Below, piece by piece: positions 55,711 through 64,000 of a stretch of 64,000 bases of DNA. The stretch lies in assembly GCA_024400785.1 (NCBI GenBank), contig JAKSME010000001.1, forward strand, positions 16,198 through 80,197. Direction: 5' to 3'. This stretch comes from Bacteroidales bacterium (GTDB lineage Bacteria > Bacteroidota > Bacteroidia > Bacteroidales > WCHB1-69). Positions within the stretch are counted from its first letter, which is position 1; each line of letters starts with the position of its first letter. A program made the translations under genes and the position numbers. The notes beneath the pieces were generated by a model. The model made no database searches, was not told the origin of the DNA, and saw nothing but the letters and a program-made list of their open reading frames with translations.

Positions 55711-58320
55711 CTATCTCTTCTTCTTCTTCACCAGTAAATTCTTGATGTCGTTCAATTTCATCAAGGCCTCCACCGGTGTAAGCGAATTGATGTCCAAATC
55801 AACAATTTGTTCCTTTACATCCAACAGCAGCGGGTCATCTAATGCAATGAAACTCAATTGATAACCTGGGTCGGCTTTCTTTTCAATGTGTTTTTCCACT
55901 TTGTTGTCGTGGCTGTCCTCCAATTGGGCTAAAACTTCCTCCGCGCGCTTCAGCACACTCTTTGGCATTCCAGCCATTCGTGCCACGTGGATACCAAAGC
56001 TGTGTTCGCTCCCTCCTTCTTCTAACTTCCTTAAAAACAATATTTTATTGTTAATTTCCTTGACCGTCACATGGTAGTTTTTAATGCGTGGAAATTGGGA
56101 AGCCATATCGTTTAACTCATGGTAGTGTGTGGCAAAAAGCACCTTTGCCCGGTAAAGCGGGTGCTCGTGCAAATATTCCGCAATGCTCCACGCAATTGAA
56201 ACACCATCGTAAGTACTTGTGCCACGGCCGATTTCGTCCAACAAAACCAAGCTCCTGTCAGACACATTGTTCAAAATGCTGGCTGTTTCATTCATTTCAA
56301 CCATAAAAGTGGATTCTCCCGTTGAAATGTTGTCAGAGGCCCCCACTCTCGTGAATATCTTGTCGATAATGCCGATTTTTGCGCTGGCCGCCGGAACATA
56401 ACAGCCCATCTGCGCCATCAACACAATCAAGGCCGTTTGGCGCAGCAATGCCGACTTACCCGACATGTTCGGACCTGTGATGATGATGATTTGCTGTTGT
56501 TCGTTATCAAGGTACACGTCGTTGGCGATATACGGTTCACCCGGAGGAAGTTGCGTCTCAATTACTGGATGCCGCCCACCCTTGATGTCAATAACATCGC
56601 CATCGTAGATTTCCGGCCGTGTGTACCGGTTGGCCATGGAGGTATTGGCAAAGCAACCTAAAACGTCAATGCGCGCAACTATTCGCGCATCCAACTGAAT
56701 CATAGGAATATAATCCATCAACGACAATACCAACTCGTTGAATAATCGCGATTCAATGTTCAAAATGCGGTCTTCAGCACCCAAAATCTTGCTCTCTAAC
56801 TCCTTCAGCTCCTCGGTGATGTAGCGTTCACCATTCGTAAGTGTTTGTTTGCGAATCCATTCTGCTGGGACTTTGCTCTTATGCGCATTCGTAACTTCAA
56901 TGTAATATCCGAACACATTGTTGAAACCTATTTTCAAAGAAGGAATCCCTGTGTTCGCCGACTCCCTCTGCTGAATTTCCGCCAAAATATTCTTGCTGTT
57001 GGTCGCCAATGCCGTCAGTTCATCTAACTCGGCATCTACTCCGCGATTGAAAACACGTCCCTTGTTCAAAGCTACCGGAGCATCCTCATTAATCTCTGTT
57101 TCAATACGTTGACAAATGGTTTGACAAGCATTCAACTGTTCAGCCATCTTCTGAAATGCGGGTTGTTTCTGAATCTGGCATTGCGCCTGCAACTTTTCAA
57201 TCGCTCGCAATGCCCGCGCAAGCTGTAGCAATTCGCGCGGATTGATTTTGCCCGTCGCAATTTTAGAACAAATACGCTCTACATCTCCAACACTGCGAAT
57301 ACTATCCTCAACTTCGTTTTTAAAGCTTTCATTATCAATAAAATACTGAACAGCACAAAGTCTTTCTTCTATCAGCATTTTCTCTTTTAATGGCATTAAG
57401 ATCCATTTTTTCAAAAGTCGCCCGCCCATCGGAGTCAGCGTCTGGTCCAGTATCTGCAACAAAGTCACCGCATTCTCATTGGGTGAGTGTATCAGCTCTA
57501 AATTGCGAATCGTAAATCGGTCCAACCACACGTATAATTCTTCCTCAATACGATTCAACTTGTTGATATGTTGTACTTTGTGATTTTGTGTTTCGCTTAA
57601 ATAATGCAGCGCGACACCCGCTGCAATGATGCCGTGTGTCAAATTGTCAATACCGAAACCCTTGAGCGAGTTGGTTTGAAAATGTTTGGTCAGCAACGGC
57701 ACAGCATAATCTGTTGTAAAAACCCAGTCATCAAAGGTTGTAAGCAAAATCTTCTCTCCAAAATGCTCGCGGAAATCATTCACCTTCCCTTTTTGTATCG
57801 CCATTTCTGCCGGCTTGAAATTCTGCAACAGTTTGTCAATGTATTCGTGATTGCCTTCCGCCAGATAAAACTCCCCGGTGGAAGCATCTACGAAGGCGAT
57901 GCCGCTCTCCTTCTCCCCATAATGAATGGCTCCCAGAAAGTTGTTCTCCTTTTGCTCCAAAATCTTATCACTGGTGGCAATGCCCGGAGTTACCAATTCC
58001 GTAATTCCTCGCTTTACCAGCGTTTTAGTCATCTTCGGATCTTCTAACTGCTCGCAAATGGCAACTCGATAACCCGCTCTGACCAACTTCGGCAGGTACG
58101 TGTCGATGGCGTGGTGCGGGAAACCAGCCAAATCCATATCCGCCGCGGCACCATTCGATCGCTTCGTCAATACTATCCCCAATATTTGTGAGGCCTTGAT
58201 GGCATCTTCTCCAAAAGTTTCGTAAAAGTCCCCAACCCTGAATAATAATATCGCATCCGGATATTGCGACTTGAATTGGTTGTATTGCTTCATCAACGGT
58301 GTCTCAGTCTGTTTCGCCAT
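55711..58320 (-). CDS. mutS: DNA mismatch repair protein MutS
   Basis: 869 aa. TPLMKQY N-terminus, [11 protein letters not shown], Walker [21 protein letters not shown]. Confidence 0.97.
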   Translation of the reverse strand: MAKQTETPLMKQYNQFKSQYPDAILLFRVGDFYETFGEDAIKASQILGIVLTKRSNGAAADMDLAGFPHHAIDTYLPKLVRAGYRVAICEQLEDPKMTKTLVKRGITELVTPGIATSDKILEQKENNFLGAIHYGEKESGIAFVDASTGEFYLAEGNHEYIDKLLQNFKPAEMAIQKGKVNDFREHFGEKILLTTFDDWVFTTDYAVPLLTKHFQTNSLKGFGIDNLTHGIIAAGVALHYLSETQNHKVQHINKLNRIEEELYVWLDRFTIRNLELIHSPNENAVTLLQILDQTLTPMGGRLLKKWILMPLKEKMLIEERLCAVQYFIDNESFKNEVEDSIRSVGDVERICSKIATGKINPRELLQLARALRAIEKLQAQCQIQKQPAFQKMAEQLNACQTICQRIETEINEDAPVALNKGRVFNRGVDAELDELTALATNSKNILAEIQQRESANTGIPSLKIGFNNVFGYYIEVTNAHKSKVPAEWIRKQTLTNGERYITEELKELESKILGAEDRILNIESRLFNELVLSLMDYIPMIQLDARIVARIDVLGCFANTSMANRYTRPEIYDGDVIDIKGGRHPVIETQLPPGEPYIANDVYLDNEQQQIIIITGPNMSGKSALLRQTALIVLMAQMGCYVPAASAKIGIIDKIFTRVGASDNISTGESTFMVEMNETASILNNVSDRSLVLLDEIGRGTSTYDGVSIAWSIAEYLHEHPLYRAKVLFATHYHELNDMASQFPRIKNYHVTVKEINNKILFLRKLEEGGSEHSFGIHVARMAGMPKSVLKRAEEVLAQLEDSHDNKVEKHIEKKADPGYQLSFIALDDPLLLDVKEQIVDLDINSLTPVEALMKLNDIKNLLVKKKKR

Positions 58321-58432
58321 TTTTCCTTAGGTTTTTTAAGGGCGCAAAGATACGCACTTTTCAAAAATTATTCCTCTCAAATCTTCGGAAAAAATATTGT
58401 ACTTTTGCAGCCGTATTTTATTCCTTGATAAA

Positions 58433-58822
58433 ATGGATATCGGCATTTTTTGGTTGGGCTTAGTCCTCTTTCTAATCATCATCTTTCGCAGCAATAAGAA
58501 AAAAAAGACCTCTCCGCCACCGCAACAGCAAAGGCCATCGGAGGCCGTTTTCAACAGCATTTCGGAGGATGAGGATTTTCAGCATTTGCGTAAAAATCAA
58601 CAAAAATGTCCGAAAAATGAAGAGGATTTTTCTTATGAAAACATTTCTGATGAGGATTTTGAAAATTTGAAAGAAGAAAATGTTTCTCAAAGTACAACAG
58701 TTGAAAAAAATATTCAAAGCGTTGATAATGAGCAAACTAAAAATATTGATTTACAATTCAATATGGAAGAAATAAAAAAAGGGATAATTTATTCAGAGAT
58801 ATTGAAAAGACCTGATTTTTAA
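58433..58822 (+). CDS. Hypothetical membrane-anchored acidic protein
   Basis: Start taken at MDIGIFWLGLVLFLIIIF, downstream of the TACTTTTG box at 58400-58407. Single TM segment, then a low-complexity acidic region. Confidence 0.45.
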   Translation: MDIGIFWLGLVLFLIIIFRSNKKKKTSPPPQQQRPSEAVFNSISEDEDFQHLRKNQQKCPKNEEDFSYENISDEDFENLKEENVSQSTTVEKNIQSVDNEQTKNIDLQFNMEEIKKGIIYSEILKRPDF

Positions 58823-58949
58823 ATAGTTATAAAATCGTTTAAAAAACAAAAAAAAATTAAGAATATTTAAGTTTCAATTTGCTGATTTTTTGTAAATTAG
58901 CGGGCTTAATTTTAGAGTGAAAGTAATGTTTAATATAAATTAATTCAGT

Positions 58950-61900
58950 ATGGTTAAAAAGTTACTCTTGACGTTCGTTGCAGTCGTCCTTTTTAGCAGT
59001 TTTGCAGTCGCTCAAGGTACCATCAAAGGTGCCGTGACAGACCAAACGGGCACACCCATCGCCTTTGCTTACGTTTACTTGCAAAAGGAAGGCAATGATG
59101 TCAACTATTGCACGACTGACCCCAATGGTCAGTATCAATTGCATGGTGTAAGTGCTGGTACCTATGATTTGATCATCGACGCAGAACTTACCGCCTGTGC
59201 AAAAAAACAAACAATCTCTGGACTTAGATTTTCCGGAGGAACATTAATCCATGACGTCACAATTCAATGCGGTTCTACTGACCTTGATATCGATGTCACT
59301 ATCGTATTTGAACGTCCCTTGATTGATGTCGACCAAACAAAAACATCATCCATCATTGATGGTGATGCCGCTCGTAAGCAACCGGGTCACGATGTGACAA
59401 GCGCAATCGCTACTTCTGCTGGTGTTACCTCTATCGATGGTAAAATGACGGCAGTTCGTGGTAACCGTGCCGATGGTCAGAAAACCATGATTGACGGTGT
59501 GGTGGTCCGCGGTAGCGGCGGCGTATCCATGGCCTCCATCGAACAGGTCGAACTTATCCAAGGTGGTGTGCCCGCTGAATATGGCGACGGTAACTCTTTC
59601 ACCATTATTACTACGAAAGGTATCTCTAAATCTTACCACGGCGGTGTCGAATTGATGGGCTCACTCGAAGGTTACAACAATTTCCTCGCTTCTGTCAACT
59701 TGACCGGTCCGCTCGTAAAACCGAAATTAGGTCAGCCTGCCCGCGTCGGCTTCCTCCTCACCGGTGACTTTAACTACGATAAAGACGGTTCTCCCGCTCG
59801 TGGCGGTACTTGGAGAGCAAACGATGACGTTATTGACTACCTCATCAAAAATCCTTTCCGCTATAGCTCAACTGAGTTCGGTGCACATTACTCAAATGCT
59901 GAATACCTCACCTCCGAAAACTTCCACAAACAACGCGTTAGAGATAATGCAGGTAGCATCAATTACCTTATCCAAGCTAAACTCGACTTCCTCCTCGGAA
60001 AGAATAATAATGTCAACCTCTCATTCGGCGGTATGTACGAATTCACCAGAGGCAAAAACTGGGGAACCACTTCCGCTCTTTTCAATGCTCAGAACAATGG
60101 CGAATCTCAAGTTAGCACCTGGCGTGTTAATGCAAGATTGCAACATCGTATCAACCTCAAAAATACCGATTCGAGTGCTATTAAAAATATAATGTATAAT
60201 ATTAATGTAAACTATACTCATTATAGCACCTGGACCCGCGACTCACGTCATAAAGACAACCTCTTCGACTACGGTCACATCGGTTACTACAAAACCACCA
60301 AAGCTCAACACTTCAAACGCGATTCTATCACTATCGATGGCATTACCTACTATGACATGAATATCCTTGACAATATTTATGACTCCATCGTTGATTTTAG
60401 CGCTACTCCTTTCGGAAGCAATGACCAATCCCTCATTTCTAATCCCGACCTCGTCAATTATGTAACTTTGTTTACCGAAAATTATGATCCTCAAACAATT
60501 TATGATTATTACGGTGTCATCCCTTATGACAAAACCCTCTACCAACAATTTGGTGCTCTTTTGAATGGTGGTTCCCCCGACGGCATCTACGGAATGTATA
60601 GCATGCCTGGTACCGTTAGCTCCGGTTACAGCAAATCAGAAGAATCTCAGATCGGTGCTAACGCAAGTTTGTCAATTACCATTAAAAACCATGATTTGAA
60701 ACTCGGTTACATCTTCGAAAAACGTGCCAGCCGCTCTTTCAGTGCTGCCCCCTACAGCCTTTGGACTTTGATGAGAAGCAGCGCCAACTATCATATCTCT
60801 CAGTTGGATGTTGATAATCCATACCTCATTAGCGAAGATTCTGTTATGTTCGACAGATTGTTCGACCAAGAAGCCCAAACCACTTTCGATAGAAATCTTC
60901 GTAAATCCCTCGGTTTGAACCCCGATGGTACCGATTGGATCGATATTGATAATATGTCTCCCGATCAGTTCTCATTGAGCATGTTCTCTCCCGAAGAATT
61001 GTTCAACGGCGGTTCTAACTATATTTCATATTATGGTTATGATTACACCGGAACCAAGAAATATAACAAGAAAACCGATATCAATGACTTCTTCAATAAA
61101 ACTGATAAATTCGGTGACAAACTCTACAACATTGGTGCTTACGAACCCATTTACATGGCAATGTACATCCAGGATAAATTCTCTATCAATACTATGATGT
61201 TCAATATCGGTTTGCGTGTTGACCGTTTCGACGCTAACCAATATGTATTGAATGACCCCTACCTCTTCAGAGAAGCATATACCGTGAAAGAAGTCCGCGA
61301 TGTTTATGATGTGGCTTCCAATGCTCAAGATGATTGGGTTGTCTATGTTAATCAATTGGATAAAACTTTGGATCCGGACAATGCTAATATCGTAGCTTAT
61401 CGTCATGGTCACAATTGGTATGATGCCAACGGTGCAGTCGTTACCGACCCCTCCACCGTTCTTGGTGCTACCGGCGGACCGATCTTGAAAAATGAACTTG
61501 ATCCCACAGCAGTTTCTAAAGTTGAAGGTTCAGCATTCTCAAAATACGAACCCCAATGGTCTATCATGCCTCGTCTCTCATTCTCATTCAACGTTTCAAG
61601 TAAGTCACTCTTCTATGCTCACTATAACATTATTACTGTCCGTCCTACTGACCTCCGTCTCGATCCTATTAGCTATCTCTGGATTGAAAAATTGGGTTCA
61701 CAACAAGGCAACATCATCAATAATCCTAATTTGAAACCTTCTAAGAGTATTGACTACGAAATCGGTTTCCGTCAAGCTATTGGTGAAAATTCAGCTATCA
61801 GCCTCTCCGCTTACTATTCAGAAAAACGTGATCAAGTACAATGTTATCGTTATACCGGTGCATATCCGTCACTTTATTACTCTTATGACAACATCGACTT

Positions 61901-62657
61901 CGGTACTGTTCAAGGTTTCACCATCGGTTATGACCTCCGTAATACCAAAAACGTCACCCTTCGCGCAAGCTACACTCTTCAGTTCGCTAAAGGTACCGGT
62001 TCAGACGCTACTTCAAGTGCCGCTATTATCCAGTCCGGTCAGCCGAACTTGAGAACTTTGACCAACCTCAGCTTTGACCAACGTCACAAATTGAGCGCTA
62101 ACTTGGACTACAGATTTGGTTACGGTACCGACTATAATGGTCCGACTACCACCAAAGCCACCAAAGATGGAAAATCTAAAGAAATCAAATGGTTACAAAA
62201 CTTTGGTGTTAACATTAACTTCTCAGCTGGTTCAGGTCTCCCCTACAGCCGTTCAAGCAAACCTTACTCTAATATCGTAGGTGCTGGTAAACGTCAGCTC
62301 ACCGGTACCATCAACGGTTCTAATATGCCTTGGATTTATCAGTGTGATATCCGTATTGATAAAACCTTCGTTCTTAATTTGAAGAAAGATGAAGAAGGCA
62401 AACCCACTAAGAAAGCATTCCTCAATGTTTATCTTGATGTGATGAACCTCTTCAATTTCAAAAATGTCATCTACGTTTATGATTATACTGGAAATGCTGA
62501 TGATGATGGTTACCTCGCAGCTAGCGAATACCAACAACTCATCAACTCTCAGGTTGACGTAGCTTCTTATTGTGATTACTATAGAATGAGAGTGGCAGAC
62601 CCGTATAACTATACAATGCCTACTCGTGTACGTTTGGGTGTTAACTTCTCATTTTAA
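58950..62657 (+). CDS. Large TonB-dependent-receptor-like outer membrane protein with N-terminal carboxypeptidase-regulatory-like domain
   Basis: 1235 aa. Signal peptide, GTIKGAVTDQTGTPIAFAYVYL...G.Y.L CarboxypepD_reg pattern, plug-like region (IDGKMTAVRGNR...IDGVVVRG...IEQVELIQGGVPAEYGD), long beta-barrel, C-terminal aromatic residue F. Confidence 0.8.
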   Translation: MVKKLLLTFVAVVLFSSFAVAQGTIKGAVTDQTGTPIAFAYVYLQKEGNDVNYCTTDPNGQYQLHGVSAGTYDLIIDAELTACAKKQTISGLRFSGGTLIHDVTIQCGSTDLDIDVTIVFERPLIDVDQTKTSSIIDGDAARKQPGHDVTSAIATSAGVTSIDGKMTAVRGNRADGQKTMIDGVVVRGSGGVSMASIEQVELIQGGVPAEYGDGNSFTIITTKGISKSYHGGVELMGSLEGYNNFLASVNLTGPLVKPKLGQPARVGFLLTGDFNYDKDGSPARGGTWRANDDVIDYLIKNPFRYSSTEFGAHYSNAEYLTSENFHKQRVRDNAGSINYLIQAKLDFLLGKNNNVNLSFGGMYEFTRGKNWGTTSALFNAQNNGESQVSTWRVNARLQHRINLKNTDSSAIKNIMYNINVNYTHYSTWTRDSRHKDNLFDYGHIGYYKTTKAQHFKRDSITIDGITYYDMNILDNIYDSIVDFSATPFGSNDQSLISNPDLVNYVTLFTENYDPQTIYDYYGVIPYDKTLYQQFGALLNGGSPDGIYGMYSMPGTVSSGYSKSEESQIGANASLSITIKNHDLKLGYIFEKRASRSFSAAPYSLWTLMRSSANYHISQLDVDNPYLISEDSVMFDRLFDQEAQTTFDRNLRKSLGLNPDGTDWIDIDNMSPDQFSLSMFSPEELFNGGSNYISYYGYDYTGTKKYNKKTDINDFFNKTDKFGDKLYNIGAYEPIYMAMYIQDKFSINTMMFNIGLRVDRFDANQYVLNDPYLFREAYTVKEVRDVYDVASNAQDDWVVYVNQLDKTLDPDNANIVAYRHGHNWYDANGAVVTDPSTVLGATGGPILKNELDPTAVSKVEGSAFSKYEPQWSIMPRLSFSFNVSSKSLFYAHYNIITVRPTDLRLDPISYLWIEKLGSQQGNIINNPNLKPSKSIDYEIGFRQAIGENSAISLSAYYSEKRDQVQCYRYTGAYPSLYYSYDNIDFGTVQGFTIGYDLRNTKNVTLRASYTLQFAKGTGSDATSSAAIIQSGQPNLRTLTNLSFDQRHKLSANLDYRFGYGTDYNGPTTTKATKDGKSKEIKWLQNFGVNINFSAGSGLPYSRSSKPYSNIVGAGKRQLTGTINGSNMPWIYQCDIRIDKTFVLNLKKDEEGKPTKKAFLNVYLDVMNLFNFKNVIYVYDYTGNADDDGYLAASEYQQLINSQVDVASYCDYYRMRVADPYNYTMPTRVRLGVNFSF

Positions 62658-62685
62658 TTAACCGTAGCAAAAAATATCTAGAAAT

Positions 62686-64000
62686 ATGAAAAATACATTT
62701 AAGATTTTATTTTTAGCAGTATTGTTGCTTGCCACTGGGACTCTCCATGCTGAAAAGTATAGAGGTGCTGTCGCCGTCACTAAAGGTGCACAAACCCGCG
62801 CAGCCTCTACCTGTTTGCCCGCAACTAACTCTAATGAGTTGACGGTTAATAATGTTAGAGCTTACCTCGAAACAAATGGTACTATGTGGTTCGAAGAAAT
62901 CGCACAGTATGAGGTTCCTTATGGTTCTGGCAAAACCTCTATGTTCGCCGCAGCTCTCTGGATCGGAGGTAAGGACGTTAATGACCAGCTGAAATTGGCC
63001 GCCGTTCGTTTCCGCCAAAGAGGTGATGACTTCTGGACGGGTCCTCTGACCCTCAACGGTGCTTCTGTTACCCAGGAAACTTGCGCAGCTTATGATAAGC
63101 ATTTCAAAATCACCCGCGCTGAAGTTGAAGCTCACAAAGCTAATTGGCAGAATTCTGACTATGTAATGCCTAACAGCATTCGTGAATGGCCTGCCCACCC
63201 CTATGACCTCTCCGCCGGTCAGTCTTATTACCTCGCTCCCTTCTTCGATGCCGATGGTGATGGTGACTACAACCCGGAAAATGGTGATTATCCTTACTAC
63301 GATTTGGATAATGAACTTTGCCCCTGGACTGAAGCTAACCGTGCTTTGGCCGCCGCGGACCAACTTCCTAAAACTCCCGAAGAAAGAATGGGCATCTCCA
63401 AAGGTATGGTTTATGCTGACCACGTTCTGAAAGGTGATGCTACCCTCTTCTGGATTTTCAATGATAAAGGTGGTCCACACACCGAATCACAAGGTGAAGC
63501 TATTGGTCTTGAAATCCGTGCACAGGCATTCGGTTTCTCAACCAATGATGAATTGAACAACATGACGTTCTATTCCTATGAAATCATTAACCGTTCAACC
63601 TTCGACTTGACCAATACCTTCTTCTCTCAGTGGGTTGACCCTGACTTGGGTTGGGCTGATGATGACTATGTAGGTTGTGATGTTGCTCGTGGTTTGGGTT
63701 ACTGCTACAATGGACGTAACATCGATGGTCAAGGCTTGGCACAGCATTACGGTGCTCAGCCGCCCGCGGTCGGTGTAGACTTCTTCCAAGGTCCTTATTT
63801 GGATCCTGATGGTTACGATAACCCCTCATTCAACGGTAAAGCCGAATACGGTCCTTCTATGTTGGGTAGCTGTGACATTGTTACAAATAACGGACAACTC
63901 GGTTCATTCTCTTGGGTTGTTGACCCCGATTCTGAAAATCCGACCACAGTTTCTGATTCAATGATCTTGATTCGTGCTGAAGCTATCAATGGTGTTAACT
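62686..64000 (+). CDS. Secreted hypothetical protein (3' end cut by window edge; absent from the ORF track)
   Basis: Manual translation of frame 1 from the ATG at 62686 is open to base 64000: MKNTFKILFLAVLLLATGTLHAEKYRG...DADGDGDYNPENGDYPYYD...FWIFNDKGGPHTES...FYSYEIINRST...GCDVARGLGYCYNG. It has a signal peptide and a codon pattern like its neighbours. The track's minus-strand ORF 62713-63480 is its shadow. Confidence 0.7.
   Translation, partial: MKNTFKILFLAVLLLATGTLHAEKYRGAVAVTKGAQTRAASTCLPATNSNELTVNNVRAYLETNGTMWFEEIAQYEVPYGSGKTSMFAAALWIGGKDVNDQLKLAAVRFRQRGDDFWTGPLTLNGASVTQETCAAYDKHFKITRAEVEAHKANWQNSDYVMPNSIREWPAHPYDLSAGQSYYLAPFFDADGDGDYNPENGDYPYYDLDNELCPWTEANRALAAADQLPKTPEERMGISKGMVYADHVLKGDATLFWIFNDKGGPHTESQGEAIGLEIRAQAFGFSTNDELNNMTFYSYEIINRSTFDLTNTFFSQWVDPDLGWADDDYVGCDVARGLGYCYNGRNIDGQGLAQHYGAQPPAVGVDFFQGPYLDPDGYDNPSFNGKAEYGPSMLGSCDIVTNNGQLGSFSWVVDPDSENPTTVSDSMILIRAEAINGVN

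Noticed and set aside
62713-63480. 255-aa minus-strand ORF listed in the track
   Set aside because: It lies entirely antisense to a longer plus-strand frame that is open from 62686 to the window end and has a signal peptide and conserved-looking blocks, so it is treated as a shadow ORF.

Overview
This 64 kb window is a Bacteroidota-type chromosomal segment. The supporting signs are many TAnnTTTG -7 promoter boxes, no Shine-Dalgarno sequences, a T9SS C-terminal sorting domain, and the gene order bamD-rpoZ-coaBC-DUF4835-recN. All product calls rest on motif and family recognition by eye; no database search was run.

Core content:
- The minus-strand secE-nusG-rplK-rplA-rplJ-rplL-rpoB-rpoC cluster lies at about 14.2-25.5 kb.
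- Housekeeping genes include prs, folA, rfbC, a DegT aminotransferase, thpR, mazG, aroK, ybeY, mnmG, comEC, recN and mutS.
- There are three tRNAs: Thr-CGT, Cys-GCA and Arg-CCT.
- Envelope genes include an OmpA/TPR/PD40 protein, a 1235-aa TonB-dependent-receptor-like protein, and an open-ended secreted-protein ORF at the 3' edge that the ORF track misses.

The most unusual part is an accessory stretch at about 1.6-12.3 kb:
- A WYL regulator sits next to a zinc-ribbon threonine-synthase-like PLP enzyme.
- A decayed IS5-type transposase follows.
- After that comes a roughly 6 kb run of short signal-peptide/lipoprotein genes, including two DKNYY-like proteins and a YiiX-like amidase. These genes are joined by re-used non-coding modules: a ~190 bp promoter+leader repeat (x2, plus a diverged third copy upstream of creD), a ~145 bp hairpin+promoter repeat (x2), a 96 bp nested palindrome, and a shared signal-peptide-encoding cassette (x3).
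- The layout resembles integron-like or recombinase-associated cassette arrays, but no recombinase is present in the window.

A second recurring signal is a family of short tandem repeats built on TTTAACC/CCGTTTCC cores, found in intergenic regions and at gene ends. All five loci are in the same orientation on the + strand. Separate arrays of ATGCATT and TTTTCAAC motifs also occur.
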